From NCBI GenBank assembly GCA_964399295.1, contig CAYNQD010000001.1, positions 152,454 to 201,943 on the forward strand: DNA of 49,490 bases, written 5' to 3'. This DNA is from an uncultured Candidatus Saccharibacteria bacterium. Its GTDB lineage: Bacteria > Patescibacteriota > Minisyncoccia > Phycocordibacterales > UBA918. The notes below the pieces were generated by a model, which was not told where the DNA came from, did not search any database, and saw nothing but the letters and a program-made list of their open reading frames with translations. Below, one piece after another: positions 8,078 to 16,674 of this stretch; the first letter of the stretch is position 1, and the number at the start of each line of letters is the position of its first letter. A program made the translations under genes and the position numbers.

Positions 8078-8359
8078 ATGAAAAAAGTTATTGCAATTAT
8101 TGCAGTTTTATTTTCTGTCTTTTTATCCGGGTGCGTAGCACCTGGAATGTATGGCGGAGGGTATTATTCCTCCGGGTACATGGGCCCCAGCCCCCACGCC
8201 GTAAGCGGCGGGTGGGTTGGGCCATACGGCCAAACCCATTACCCTGCATGGCAGGGGGGAGGCCACAGTAGCAGGGTTGTCCCAGATAGTCTGGGGCGAC
8301 CAAGGTTGCTTCACGGGGAATATCCTGTGAAGCAGTACAATTATGGACCCCAAAGATGA
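8078..8359 (+). CDS. Gly/Tyr/Pro-rich small lipoprotein (93 aa)
   Basis: GGGAGGG SD at 8067-8073. Signal peptide plus lipobox MKKVIAIIAVLFSVFLSGC. The mature part is low-complexity (GGGYYSSGYMGPSP...). TGA stop. Confidence 0.7.
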   Translation: MKKVIAIIAVLFSVFLSGCVAPGMYGGGYYSSGYMGPSPHAVSGGWVGPYGQTHYPAWQGGGHSSRVVPDSLGRPRLLHGEYPVKQYNYGPQR

Positions 8360-8377
8360 TGGTGTCCACTCAAGTTG

Positions 8378-8411
8378 AGAGCGTTGTGTTAAAAACACAA
8401 CGCTCTTTTTT
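8378..8411. terminator. 13-bp stem-loop plus T-run between convergent genes
   Basis: agagcgttgtgtt-aaa-aacacaacgctct followed by tttttt. It sits between the lipoprotein stop (8359) and the mltG1 stop (8410-8412). Confidence 0.7.
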
Positions 8412-9453
8412 ATTGCCCCTGACCGTAAATGGCTTTTAGCTTGGCTACATGATCTTCGTAAGTTGTGGTGCAATAAAAACTGCCCTTGGGGTCGTGAAAA
8501 TAAAATATACAATCGGTAATTTTGGGGTTGAGGGCTGCTACCACGGCTTCGATTGAAGGGTTGGCGATGGGTGCTGGCGGTAGTCCTGAATTCTCGTAGG
8601 TATTGTACGGCGAGTCTAAAAACTTGTCTGCTGGCCTGGCTGCGGGCCACCATTTTGGTTCGTTGGCTTGACTACCGCGAACATACTGCAAGCTGGCATC
8701 AAGCTGAAGCGGCATGTCAATAAACAAACGATTCCAAATAATTCCGGAAATATAACGCATGTCGGTAAAATTATAGGCTTCGCGTTCTAATAAAGAAGCA
8801 ATAATCAAAGTCTCTTTCAGAGATATTTTTTTTGCGATGTCTGTTGAGTATTTATTTACTATCTCGCTGATAAATCTGTCGTTTAATAACGCAAACACTT
8901 CCTCCGGAGTGGCTTTGGAGTTGGTTACGTATCTTCCTGGGAAAAATTTTCCTTCTTCTAGGAATGGTTCTGCTTCTACCACCAGAGCGGTAAATTCCTC
9001 TCTGTCGGCTTTGTTCCAACGTAAAATATCGCCGAAGTTTTTGGCGACTTCTTCTTTTCTCTCTCCCGGGTAAATAACCAAGACCCGGCTGCTCGGCGAA
9101 GCCAGGTGCTGATAGACTGTCCATTTTGACAATTGCGACACCAGACGGTCGAATAATCGCTGGTGGTGTGAAGTGTCAACGGCAATTGACAATTGGCTTT
9201 CCATATACCAATCGACGTTAGGGTTTTCAACAATTGTTTTATTGATGGGGTCTACGCCGACGGGGAAGGGTTCATTGTGAACGGCTGTTTTTTCATTGTT
9301 GCCGCTAAATTTGGTAATGAAAATGTATTTTTCTTTGTGAATTATATATTTTGTCCAAAGTAATAGCACTAATCCCAGAACAAACAGGAAAGAACCAATC
9401 TTGAGCAAGATAATTAGCGTTTTTTTAAAAGGGTTTGCATTCAAATTTTGCAT
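8410..9453 (-). CDS. mltG: Endolytic murein transglycosylase MltG/YceG family, copy 1
   Basis: 347 aa with an N-terminal TM, the catalytic-Glu region IIASLLEREA, and YNTYENSGLPPAPIANPSIEAVVAALNP. Confidence 0.88.
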   Translation of the reverse strand: MQNLNANPFKKTLIILLKIGSFLFVLGLVLLLWTKYIIHKEKYIFITKFSGNNEKTAVHNEPFPVGVDPINKTIVENPNVDWYMESQLSIAVDTSHHQRLFDRLVSQLSKWTVYQHLASPSSRVLVIYPGERKEEVAKNFGDILRWNKADREEFTALVVEAEPFLEEGKFFPGRYVTNSKATPEEVFALLNDRFISEIVNKYSTDIAKKISLKETLIIASLLEREAYNFTDMRYISGIIWNRLFIDMPLQLDASLQYVRGSQANEPKWWPAARPADKFLDSPYNTYENSGLPPAPIANPSIEAVVAALNPKITDCIFYFHDPKGSFYCTTTYEDHVAKLKAIYGQGQ

Positions 9454-9535
9454 AGCTATGCGTTTCTTATTCTACACTATCTACCTTAGTTTACTATCTC
9501 AAACCAGGCTGGTTGTGGTAGTATACATACTAATT

Positions 9536-10372
9536 ATGCAAAAAACATTTGGTCGGGAAGCGGCGGGAGTATTTTTAAGAGTGATAGCTGTGTTGCTAAC
9601 ATTCTTGATGATACTGGGAATCACTGATGCTTGGTATCGTTCTGATTTGGTGAGTGACGGTTTTTGTAACATCGCGGTTTTGCCGATTGAGGGAGTGATT
9701 ATACCTTTCAATAGCTATGCTGATTTTTCACTAGTGGTTACTCCTAGTACCGTGCGTGATTTTATAGATAAAGCCGAAAATGATAGGAATATAAAAGGCT
9801 TGTTGCTGGAAATAAATTCTCCAGGTGGCGCGCCGGTCGCTTCCGAACAAGTCAGTCAGGCGATAAGAGGAACCAGCCTGCCTTCAATCAGCTTGATTGG
9901 CGACATGGGGACTTCAGGCGGATATCTGGCGGCTGCCGGTGCCGATAAAATAATCGCTTCATCTATGTCTACTGTCGGCAGTATTGGGGTTACGATGTCG
10001 TACTTGGAAAATTCCAAGCGCAACGAGGAAAAGGGCATTACTTTTGTTGAGCTGTCTTCCGGAGAATTTAAAGATGCCGGCAATCCAAACAAATCATTAA
10101 CGGAAGAAGAAAGAGAATTATTTGAGGCGGAATTGGACTTGATACACGGTGAGTTTGTGAAAAGCGTGGCTGAGCTTCGAGGGAAGTCGGTAGAAGAAAT
10201 TGAGGTTTTGGCTGATGGCTCTACTGTGCCTGGAGTGAGAGCGATAGAGCTGGGCTTAATTGACCTGATCGGCAACAGACAAACGGCCAAAGAAGAATTT
10301 GCCAAGACGCTTGATTTGAGTGTGGAAGAAATTAGCTTTTGTGAATATAAAGGTAGTCTTTTGCCTTTTTAG
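9536..10372 (+). CDS. sppA: Signal peptide peptidase SppA (S49 family, 36K type)
   Basis: N-terminal TM, LLLEINSPGGAPVASEQV and GDMGTSGGYLAAAGADKIIASSMSTVGSIGV. I chose ATG 9536 because the 9401 start overlaps divergent mltG1. Confidence 0.85.
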   Translation: MQKTFGREAAGVFLRVIAVLLTFLMILGITDAWYRSDLVSDGFCNIAVLPIEGVIIPFNSYADFSLVVTPSTVRDFIDKAENDRNIKGLLLEINSPGGAPVASEQVSQAIRGTSLPSISLIGDMGTSGGYLAAAGADKIIASSMSTVGSIGVTMSYLENSKRNEEKGITFVELSSGEFKDAGNPNKSLTEEERELFEAELDLIHGEFVKSVAELRGKSVEEIEVLADGSTVPGVRAIELGLIDLIGNRQTAKEEFAKTLDLSVEEISFCEYKGSLLPF

Positions 10373-10419
10373 TTTAAGTCCTTTGATAAATTGCCTTAAT
10401 CTGCTAAGCTAGTTTTCGT

Positions 10420-11517
10420 ATGTCATTATCTGTAGGAATTGTGGGGTTGCCGAATGTTGGGAAATCAACTTTATTTAACGCCTTGACCAAAAATTCAGTA
10501 CCGATGGAAAATTATCCGTTTTGTACTATTGATCCGTCTGTCGGGGTGGTGGCTGTGCCTGATAGCCGCTTGGCGACTTTGTCGGCGATTTCTGGGTCAT
10601 CAGAAATTATTCCGGCGATTGTGGAATTTGTTGATATTGCCGGTTTGGTGCAGGGGGCGGCGGCGGGAGAAGGTCTGGGTAATAAGTTTTTGGCCAATAT
10701 CCGTGAGACGGATATGATTGCTGAAGTGGTGCGGATTTTTGAAGATGGTGATATTCACCACGTATCGGGCGGAGTCAACCCTTTGTCTGATATTGAAGTG
10801 ATAAATCTGGAATTAATTTTGGCTGATGCCGAAACAGTGGGCAAGAGGCTAGGTAATGTCGAGCGTGATGCTAAGCGTGGCGATAAGGAGGCGGCAGTAG
10901 AAAAAAATGTTCTCACTCGTCTTTTGCCGCATTTGGAGGCTGGGCAGTTGGCTAATTCGCTGGACATGAACGAAGAAGAAATGAAGATTGTGAAAGGCCT
11001 ACATCTTTTGACGCTAAAACCTTTCCTGTATGTCTGCAATAAAAAAACCGATTCCTATAATCTGGACGAACAAAATGACGAGCGTTGGCAGGCTTTGCTT
11101 AATTTTTTTGAAAGCGTCGGTGCGGAATATGTGGTGGTAGATGCTGGCATGGAGCATGAGCTAAAAGACTTGAACGACGATGAAAAAAATGAATTTCGTC
11201 GTGAGTATGGGGCTCAGGGGAATGGTATAGAAAGTTTGATTCGCGCTTGTTACAATCGTTTGGGCTTGATGAGTTATTTTACTACCGGTGAAAAGGAGAC
11301 CAGGGCTTGGACTGTCCCTTTCGGTTCAACCGGACCTAAGGCCGCCTCCGCCATTCATAGCGATTTTGAAAAGAAGTACATTCGGGCACAAGTAGTGACT
11401 TTTGATGACCTAGTAGCCGCCGGCTCGACCGCCAAAGCCCGTGAACAAGGCAAGCTCAGAACAGAAGGCAAGGACTATATTGTGCAAGATGGGGACGTGA
11501 TTGAGTTTTTGATTTAG
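10420..11517 (+). CDS. ychF: Ribosome-binding ATPase YchF (Obg-like GTPase family)
   Basis: GIVGLPNVGKSTLFNALT, DIAGLV, and a C-terminal TGS-like domain (YIVQDGDVIEF). Confidence 0.95.
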   Translation: MSLSVGIVGLPNVGKSTLFNALTKNSVPMENYPFCTIDPSVGVVAVPDSRLATLSAISGSSEIIPAIVEFVDIAGLVQGAAAGEGLGNKFLANIRETDMIAEVVRIFEDGDIHHVSGGVNPLSDIEVINLELILADAETVGKRLGNVERDAKRGDKEAAVEKNVLTRLLPHLEAGQLANSLDMNEEEMKIVKGLHLLTLKPFLYVCNKKTDSYNLDEQNDERWQALLNFFESVGAEYVVVDAGMEHELKDLNDDEKNEFRREYGAQGNGIESLIRACYNRLGLMSYFTTGEKETRAWTVPFGSTGPKAASAIHSDFEKKYIRAQVVTFDDLVAAGSTAKAREQGKLRTEGKDYIVQDGDVIEFLI

Positions 11518-11621
11518 GTGACAAAAAGTTCGCCACTTGACACAAAGAATGTTTTTTGGTCTACTGCTGGGGAAGTAGTTCATTAAATTTTATTGAAGCT
11601 TTTTTAATTCGGAGGTGTGTA

Positions 11622-11783
11622 ATGGTGAAGGACATGGCTGTTTTTATTGTGGTGGCATTGATGGTACTTTTTGCTTTACGATACGTGTATCACATTAGGT
11701 GGTGTGACACCACGCCGCCCTTATCAACTTGGTTGATATTCTTGGCTGGTGTTGGCTTGGGTGTATTGACTAGATTTCTTTAA
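11622..11783 (+). CDS. Hypothetical small two-TM membrane protein (53 aa)
   Basis: GGAGG at 11611-11615 lies 6 nt upstream of the ATG. It has two hydrophobic segments. I recognise no family. Confidence 0.45.
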   Translation: MVKDMAVFIVVALMVLFALRYVYHIRWCDTTPPLSTWLIFLAGVGLGVLTRFL

Positions 11784-11859
11784 TCAAGAACTATTATGGT
11801 CTGGCGTGATCAACAAATCATGGCAGACACAAGGCTACCTGAATTATCAAAAACAAAAT

Positions 11860-11889
11860 CCCTTGTTTGTCGGCAAGGGGTTATTTTTT
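11860..11889. terminator. Stem-loop cccttg-N8-caaggg flanked by T-runs on both strands (bidirectional)
   Basis: It lies between convergent genes ending at 11783 (+) and 11888 (-). ttattttt follows it on the + strand, and a T-rich run follows it on the - strand. Confidence 0.55.
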
Positions 11890-12157
11890 AACTCAAATCT
11901 GTAGGTTGATTGACTTTTTGCACCGGACTGACTATGTTGGGGTTCCATTCTGCGGTGATGGCTCCGTTTTCTTTTTCGTATTCTTCAATTTGGTGGGTAA
12001 GGTATTGGTGTAGTCTTTTTACGTGCTGGGGAGTGAGTGAATAAATGGTTCCTTGGTTGCCGGAACTGAGTGCCATCACAAAGTACTCCGGCGTAAATCC
12101 TACATTTATACTCTCGCAAAATAACTTGGGAGCGTTTTTTAAATCATCAGTTTTCAT
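11888..12157 (-). CDS. DUF3467-like small protein
   Basis: 89 aa. The pattern ...NVGFTPEYFVMALSS....IYSLTPQHVKRLHQYLTHQIEEYEKENGAI resembles the DUF3467 family as I remember it. Confidence 0.6.
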   Translation of the reverse strand: MKTDDLKNAPKLFCESINVGFTPEYFVMALSSGNQGTIYSLTPQHVKRLHQYLTHQIEEYEKENGAITAEWNPNIVSPVQKVNQPTDLS

Positions 12158-12215
12158 ACTTGTTATTATCGCACATCTTTACCAATCCGTAAAAAAAGCA
12201 CATAATTACGTGTAT

Positions 12216-13184
12216 ATGGAAAATAACACCGCCAAGCATTTTGTGATTCAACTAGGATCTTTAATTACGCTTTATTTATCAATCGCTTTTTTATTAGTCT
12301 TATTATTTAATATAATCAATCTTATTTATCCGGACGCGGTGGATAGTTATTGGCAAATCGAAAGCTACAACGGAAGCGTAAGATTGGGTATCGCTATGCT
12401 GATAGTTTTCTTTCCGGTCTATTTGGTTTTGACTAGGAAAGTAAATCAAATCCGCCGACAGGAAAATTTAGGTGGTAGCTATCTTGGCTTCACTAAATGG
12501 CTTATTTATTTGTCGCTATTGGTGGGCGGGGGAGTGATTTTGGGAGATTTGGTGGCTGTGATTCTTGGTTTTTTGAATGGGGAATTGACTGCTCGCTTTA
12601 TGCTTAAGGCCGGTTTGATTTTGGTGGTAGTGGGTTCGGCTTTTTACTACTACCTCCTTGATGCCAAAGGGTACTGGCTCAATCAAGAAAAGAAGTCGAT
12701 TACTTTTGGTGCGGCGATGGCTATCTTGGTCTTGGTCTCTTTGGTTGCCGGTTTTTCTTATGCCAAATCACCAACCGTAGTACGAGAAATGAAACTGGAT
12801 GAAAAGCAAGTTTTAGATTTGCAGGACATGCATTGGCGAATTGAAAATCATTTACGTAATAATGATGCTTTGCCGGCTTCCATAAATGAGTTGTACGTGG
12901 GGGCGACTATGCCGAAAGCTGATGAGAGTAGAAAGGATTACGTTTATGAAATCAATGAAGACGGCTTTGGGCTTTGTGCGGAGTTTGCTCATGTTTCTAC
13001 GGCAGGTCGGGGAGTGGATGGTATGTACTATCCGGTTTATCCTGATAAGTCTAGTGTGATAAAAGGAGTTTATAATTGGGAACACGAAGCGGGGTGGTAT
13101 TGTTTTGAGAGGGTGGTGGATTATGGCCAGGTGGGAACACTTATGAATCCGGTAAATGTTATTACTCCTAGCCGGGTGTTTTAA
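12216..13184 (+). CDS. Multi-pass membrane protein with Cys-containing C-terminal extracytoplasmic domain (DUF5671-like N-terminus)
   Basis: 322 aa from ATG 12216. AKHFVIQLGSLITLYLSIAFLLVLLFNIINLIYPD and 5-6 TMs resemble DUF5671 as I remember it. The longer 12045 start overlaps the opposite-strand gene. Confidence 0.6.
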   Translation: MENNTAKHFVIQLGSLITLYLSIAFLLVLLFNIINLIYPDAVDSYWQIESYNGSVRLGIAMLIVFFPVYLVLTRKVNQIRRQENLGGSYLGFTKWLIYLSLLVGGGVILGDLVAVILGFLNGELTARFMLKAGLILVVVGSAFYYYLLDAKGYWLNQEKKSITFGAAMAILVLVSLVAGFSYAKSPTVVREMKLDEKQVLDLQDMHWRIENHLRNNDALPASINELYVGATMPKADESRKDYVYEINEDGFGLCAEFAHVSTAGRGVDGMYYPVYPDKSSVIKGVYNWEHEAGWYCFERVVDYGQVGTLMNPVNVITPSRVF

Positions 13185-13287
13185 ACCCGGACACTTCCTC
13201 TGCTTTTTAAAACAATCGACAAAATGTCACAAAAATTATATTTTGTAAAGGAGTGTTTAATCATTCTATTCATGGCATACTTGGGTT

Positions 13288-13293
13288 TATAAT
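13288..13293 (+). promoter_or_regulatory. TATAAT -10 box 5 nt upstream of the leuS ATG (leaderless-type arrangement)
   Basis: TATAAT at 13288-13293 and ATG at 13299, with no SD. The -35 is weak (tctatt). Confidence 0.4.
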
Positions 13294-13298
13294 ATCGT

Positions 13299-15758
13299 AT
13301 GCACAAGAAATTTGATTCAAGCGCCATTGAGAAAAAGTGGCAGGAAATCTGGGAAGAGGAGGGGATTTATGACGTGGGTGAGCGTGATGCCAAAAAAGAT
13401 AAAGAATACGTTTTGGTTGAGTGGCCTTATCCGTCCGGTAATCTGCATTTGGGACACTGGTATGCTTTTGCGGTGCCGGATATTTACGCGCGCTTCAAGA
13501 GAATGAACGGCAAGCAAGTGCTATTCCCAATGGGCTTTGATGCTTTTGGTCTGCCGGCAGAAAATGCCGCCATCAAGCGCAACATCAACCCCAAAGATTG
13601 GACAAACCAAAACATCACCTACATGAAAGAACAGCTGAAGAGCATGGGCAACTCTTTTTCTTGGGACAAGACCACCAGTTCCACCGATCCGGAATACTAC
13701 AAGTGGACACAGTGGATGTTTACGCAATTTTTTGAAAAAGGTTTGGCTTATCGAGGTAAGGGAAAAGTGAATTGGTGTCCGGGCTGCAATACGGTTATTG
13801 CCAATGAGCAGGTGGTCAGTGGCGGTGATGGTGATGAATGTGAACGCTGTGGCAATTTGATAGAAAAGAAAGAGATGCCGCAATGGATGCTAAAAATCAC
13901 TGACTACGCTGACCGCTTGATTGATGATTTGGCCGAACTGGATTGGCCGGAGCATATTAAGGAAGCGCAGAGACAGTGGATAGGGCGATCAGAGGGAGCG
14001 GAAATTGATTTTGAGCTTTTCTTTACTCGTAATCCTGAGGTAAACGAAAATCGTGGACCAAACGGCGAAAAAGCGGCTATCAAAGTATTCACTACTCGTC
14101 CCGACACACTCTTTGGTGCAACATACATGGTGCTCGCTCCAGAACATCCATGGGTAACTCTAGCGCTTGATAATAAACATGACGTGCTTGCCAATAAAGC
14201 TGAGGTGCAATCGTATGTGACCGCAGCCAAACAGAAAAGTGAAATTGAACGTGGTGATAACACAAAAGAGAAAACGGGGGTTGAGTTAAAGGGAGTGGTC
14301 GCTATCAATCCTGCAAATAAAGAACATATTCCTATTTTTGTCGCTGACTATGTACTTGGTGGATATGGCACGGGCGCCATTATGGCGGTGCCGGCGCATG
14401 ATGAGCGGGATTTTGCGTTTTCTAGGAAATTTGATTGTAAGGTTTTGGATGTTATTAGGTCGTCACATCAGGACGTTGTTGTTTTGGAAGTTTATACGGG
14501 TACGGGTGAGCTTATCAATTCCGGAGAATTTGACGGCATGGATAGTGGGGAGGCGAAGCTGGCGATTGTGGAGAAGGTCGGTGGACGTATGACCAGTACT
14601 TATCGTTTACGTGATTGGTCGATTGGCCGGCAACGTTATTGGGGTGTACCAATTCCGATTGTGTATGATCCGGAAGGTCAGGCGCATATAGTACCGGCGG
14701 AGCACCTGCCTTGGCTTTTGCCGGAGGATGTGGACTTTACCCCGACTGGTGAGCCGCCATTGGCCAAAAGTGAAGCTTTGCGCCAACGCACAGAAGAAAT
14801 TTTCGGTGCTGGCTGGAAGCCGGAGGTAGAGACTATAGATACTTTTGTGGATTCTTCTTGGTATTTTTTGCGTTATCTTGATAATAAAAACGGGGAAGTT
14901 TTGTCCGGTTTGGATAAGCAAAAAGACTGGATGCCGGTGGATATGTATTTTGGCGGGGCCGAGCATACCACTATGCACTTGCTGTATTCACGGTTTTGGC
15001 AGAAGGCTTTGTTTGACTTGGGCTTGGTGAATGATAGCGAACCATACCGTCGCCGATTAAATCGCGGTCTTATTTTGGGAACTGATGGAAACAAGATGAG
15101 TAAAAGCAAGGGGAATGTAGTTGATCCGGATGAACAAGTAGCCCGTGTAGGAGCTGATACGGTAAGAATGTATTTGGCTTTTATGGGGCCATACGAAGGT
15201 ACAAATTATCCTTTTGACTTGGGAGGAATTGCTGGCTTACGTCGGTTTTTGGAAAGAGTTTATGGTCTTAGTGACCATTTAGGTGAAACCGAGCCAGATG
15301 TCACCACTCGCTTGCTTCACAAAACCATTAAAAAAGCACGGGAAGATATTGAGCAATTTAAGTTTAATACGGCTATCAGTGCTTTGATGGTATTTGTAAA
15401 TCAGGTGGAAAAAAGCGGTTTGACTCAAGAATCTTATAGCGTCTTTCTGCGTTTGTTGGCACCGTTTGCTCCGCACTTGGCGGAAGAATTGTGGCGGGAG
15501 AAGTTTGGTCAGGAGTCGATTCACTTGGCTGAATATCCGGTGGCGGATGAGAAATTTATTGAAGACGAGTTGGTGACCATCGGTGTACAGATAAATGGAA
15601 AATTGCGAGGGGTCATTACTGTCGCACCAAAAGCTCCTGAATCAGCAGCCAAACAAGCTGTGAATGAAAATCCGGATTTGGAAAAATACCTAAGTGAAGG
15701 CGAGGTGGTAAAATTTATTTATGTGCCTGGTAGAATCGTGAATATTGTTTTGCGGTAG
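13299..15758 (+). CDS. leuS: Leucyl-tRNA synthetase
   Basis: 819 aa with HIGH (PSGNLHLGHW), KMSKS (KMSKSKGN), a CP1 editing domain and a zinc-knuckle (CPGC...CERC). Confidence 0.97.
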   Translation: MHKKFDSSAIEKKWQEIWEEEGIYDVGERDAKKDKEYVLVEWPYPSGNLHLGHWYAFAVPDIYARFKRMNGKQVLFPMGFDAFGLPAENAAIKRNINPKDWTNQNITYMKEQLKSMGNSFSWDKTTSSTDPEYYKWTQWMFTQFFEKGLAYRGKGKVNWCPGCNTVIANEQVVSGGDGDECERCGNLIEKKEMPQWMLKITDYADRLIDDLAELDWPEHIKEAQRQWIGRSEGAEIDFELFFTRNPEVNENRGPNGEKAAIKVFTTRPDTLFGATYMVLAPEHPWVTLALDNKHDVLANKAEVQSYVTAAKQKSEIERGDNTKEKTGVELKGVVAINPANKEHIPIFVADYVLGGYGTGAIMAVPAHDERDFAFSRKFDCKVLDVIRSSHQDVVVLEVYTGTGELINSGEFDGMDSGEAKLAIVEKVGGRMTSTYRLRDWSIGRQRYWGVPIPIVYDPEGQAHIVPAEHLPWLLPEDVDFTPTGEPPLAKSEALRQRTEEIFGAGWKPEVETIDTFVDSSWYFLRYLDNKNGEVLSGLDKQKDWMPVDMYFGGAEHTTMHLLYSRFWQKALFDLGLVNDSEPYRRRLNRGLILGTDGNKMSKSKGNVVDPDEQVARVGADTVRMYLAFMGPYEGTNYPFDLGGIAGLRRFLERVYGLSDHLGETEPDVTTRLLHKTIKKAREDIEQFKFNTAISALMVFVNQVEKSGLTQESYSVFLRLLAPFAPHLAEELWREKFGQESIHLAEYPVADEKFIEDELVTIGVQINGKLRGVITVAPKAPESAAKQAVNENPDLEKYLSEGEVVKFIYVPGRIVNIVLR

Positions 15759-15767
15759 GGGGTTTGC

Positions 15768-15814
15768 GCGACATAACGAGGGCAAAGGCGAAGCCTTTGC
15801 CCTCGTTATGTCGC
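15768..15814 (+). terminator. 22-bp perfect stem with GAA triloop directly after leuS
   Basis: gcgacataacgagggcaaaggc-gaa-gcctttgccctcgttatgtcgc. Confidence 0.6.
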
Positions 15815-15841
15815 AAGCCTCCCAATTTTTTACCAAAAATA

Positions 15842-15867
15842 AAAGCCGTCAATAAATTGACGGCTTT
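15842..15867 (-). terminator. Stem-loop aaagccgtcaat/attgacggcttt with a T-run on the minus strand
   Basis: It lies 20 nt downstream (minus sense) of the stop of the 15887-16456 gene. The minus-strand transcript would end in UUUAUUUUU. Confidence 0.6.
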
Positions 15868-15886
15868 GTTGGAGAACATTAACAGA

Positions 15887-16456
15887 TTATTTATCTGCCA
15901 GTATCCTCCGAGTTTCTTCTTCGGACAAACCGAGATTTTCCTCGGTCAGCCCGCCCCATTGCAGGAATCGGGTATACCTGTGTATGTACACAGGATTCCC
16001 AATTTTTTCGTAATCTCGCAAAGACTCGGTAGCCAGTACGGCATAACCGAGTTTTTCAAGATCGGCGATCTCACTCTGTCGCATACCTACCTGCTCGTAG
16101 GTAAAGTTGCACTCGAGGAGGGTTTCCTCGAGCTCCAAAATATGGTTGATAGGAACTTCTAGTGTTTTTATATCCTCAACCAACTCTGAGATTGTATTTC
16201 TACAACCCCGTTCTCTCAATTCCTTGAACTCTTCTGGCGAGGAGCCAATTTCTTTAAAGCTGATTTTTCTCAGCTCTATTTCGTGTTCTAGGTACTCAAT
16301 TACTTCTTGAGTACCTGCGGCTCCAATCCTAGCCTCGTCTAGGAGCGCTTTCATTTGCTCCTGATATGGCCGCCCTTCCTCCTCCGCCAGAGCTATATCT
16401 GTGAAGGCTGCGAGAGCTACAATCAATACCGCCAGTGCAAAAATAATGTTTCTCAT
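15887..16456 (-). CDS. Hypothetical secreted acidic helical protein (189 aa)
   Basis: Signal peptide MRNIIFALAVLIVALAAFTDIALA. GAGG lies 8 nt upstream of the ATG. I recognise no family. Confidence 0.65.
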   Translation of the reverse strand: MRNIIFALAVLIVALAAFTDIALAEEEGRPYQEQMKALLDEARIGAAGTQEVIEYLEHEIELRKISFKEIGSSPEEFKELRERGCRNTISELVEDIKTLEVPINHILELEETLLECNFTYEQVGMRQSEIADLEKLGYAVLATESLRDYEKIGNPVYIHRYTRFLQWGGLTEENLGLSEEETRRILADK

Positions 16457-16601
16457 CCTATATACCTCACTTGGTTAAAAAGAACAACAGCCCAAAACTA
16501 TACCACAATTTTCTAAAAAGGATACTGATTTTGGCTTATGTGTAGAACCGAGATATTTTTGTGGCACACAATCGCTAATTGTAGGGCGTAAGAGCGTACA
16601 A

Positions 16602-16630
16602 TTGACCTTATTTAAGAGTCATGTTATAAA
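16602..16630 (+). promoter_or_regulatory. Putative promoter TTGACC-17-TATAAA
   Basis: TTGACC lies at 16602-16607 and TATAAA at 16625-16630, upstream of the 16675 gene. Confidence 0.5.
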
Positions 16631-16674
16631 TATACCAACGCATTGAGGAGATTCAATAGAAATATTTAACAATT

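Noticed and set aside
8123-8653. 176-aa minus-strand ORF spanning the lipoprotein gene, the terminator and the 3' end of mltG
   Set aside because: It crosses a bidirectional terminator and overlaps two better-supported genes. It is an artefact of the local GC-rich stretch.
9856-10305. 149-aa minus-strand ORF inside sppA
   Set aside because: It is antisense to the S49 peptidase CDS and has Ser-rich, low-information sequence.
11794-11889. 31-codon ORF (MVWRDQQIMADTRLPELSKTKSLVCRQGVIF) between convergent genes
   Set aside because: It has no SD or promoter and runs through the bidirectional terminator hairpin, so it is most likely non-coding.
12045-12215. Long N-terminal extension of the DUF5671-like membrane protein
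   Set aside because: It overlaps the opposite-strand DUF3467-like gene. ATG 12216 gives a sensible N-terminus just before the first TM.
13185-13298. Possible T-box leader upstream of leuS
   Set aside because: The region is only 114 nt. It has no specifier-loop/antiterminator architecture and no T-box consensus, and a -10 box sits 5 nt from the ATG.
13521-14308. 120-aa and 134-aa minus-strand ORFs inside leuS
   Set aside because: They are antisense to an unambiguous leuS reading frame, and I recognise no motifs in them.
15764-16162. 132-aa plus-strand ORF after leuS
   Set aside because: It starts within the leuS terminator hairpin, runs through a second terminator and overlaps the SD- and signal-peptide-bearing minus-strand gene.
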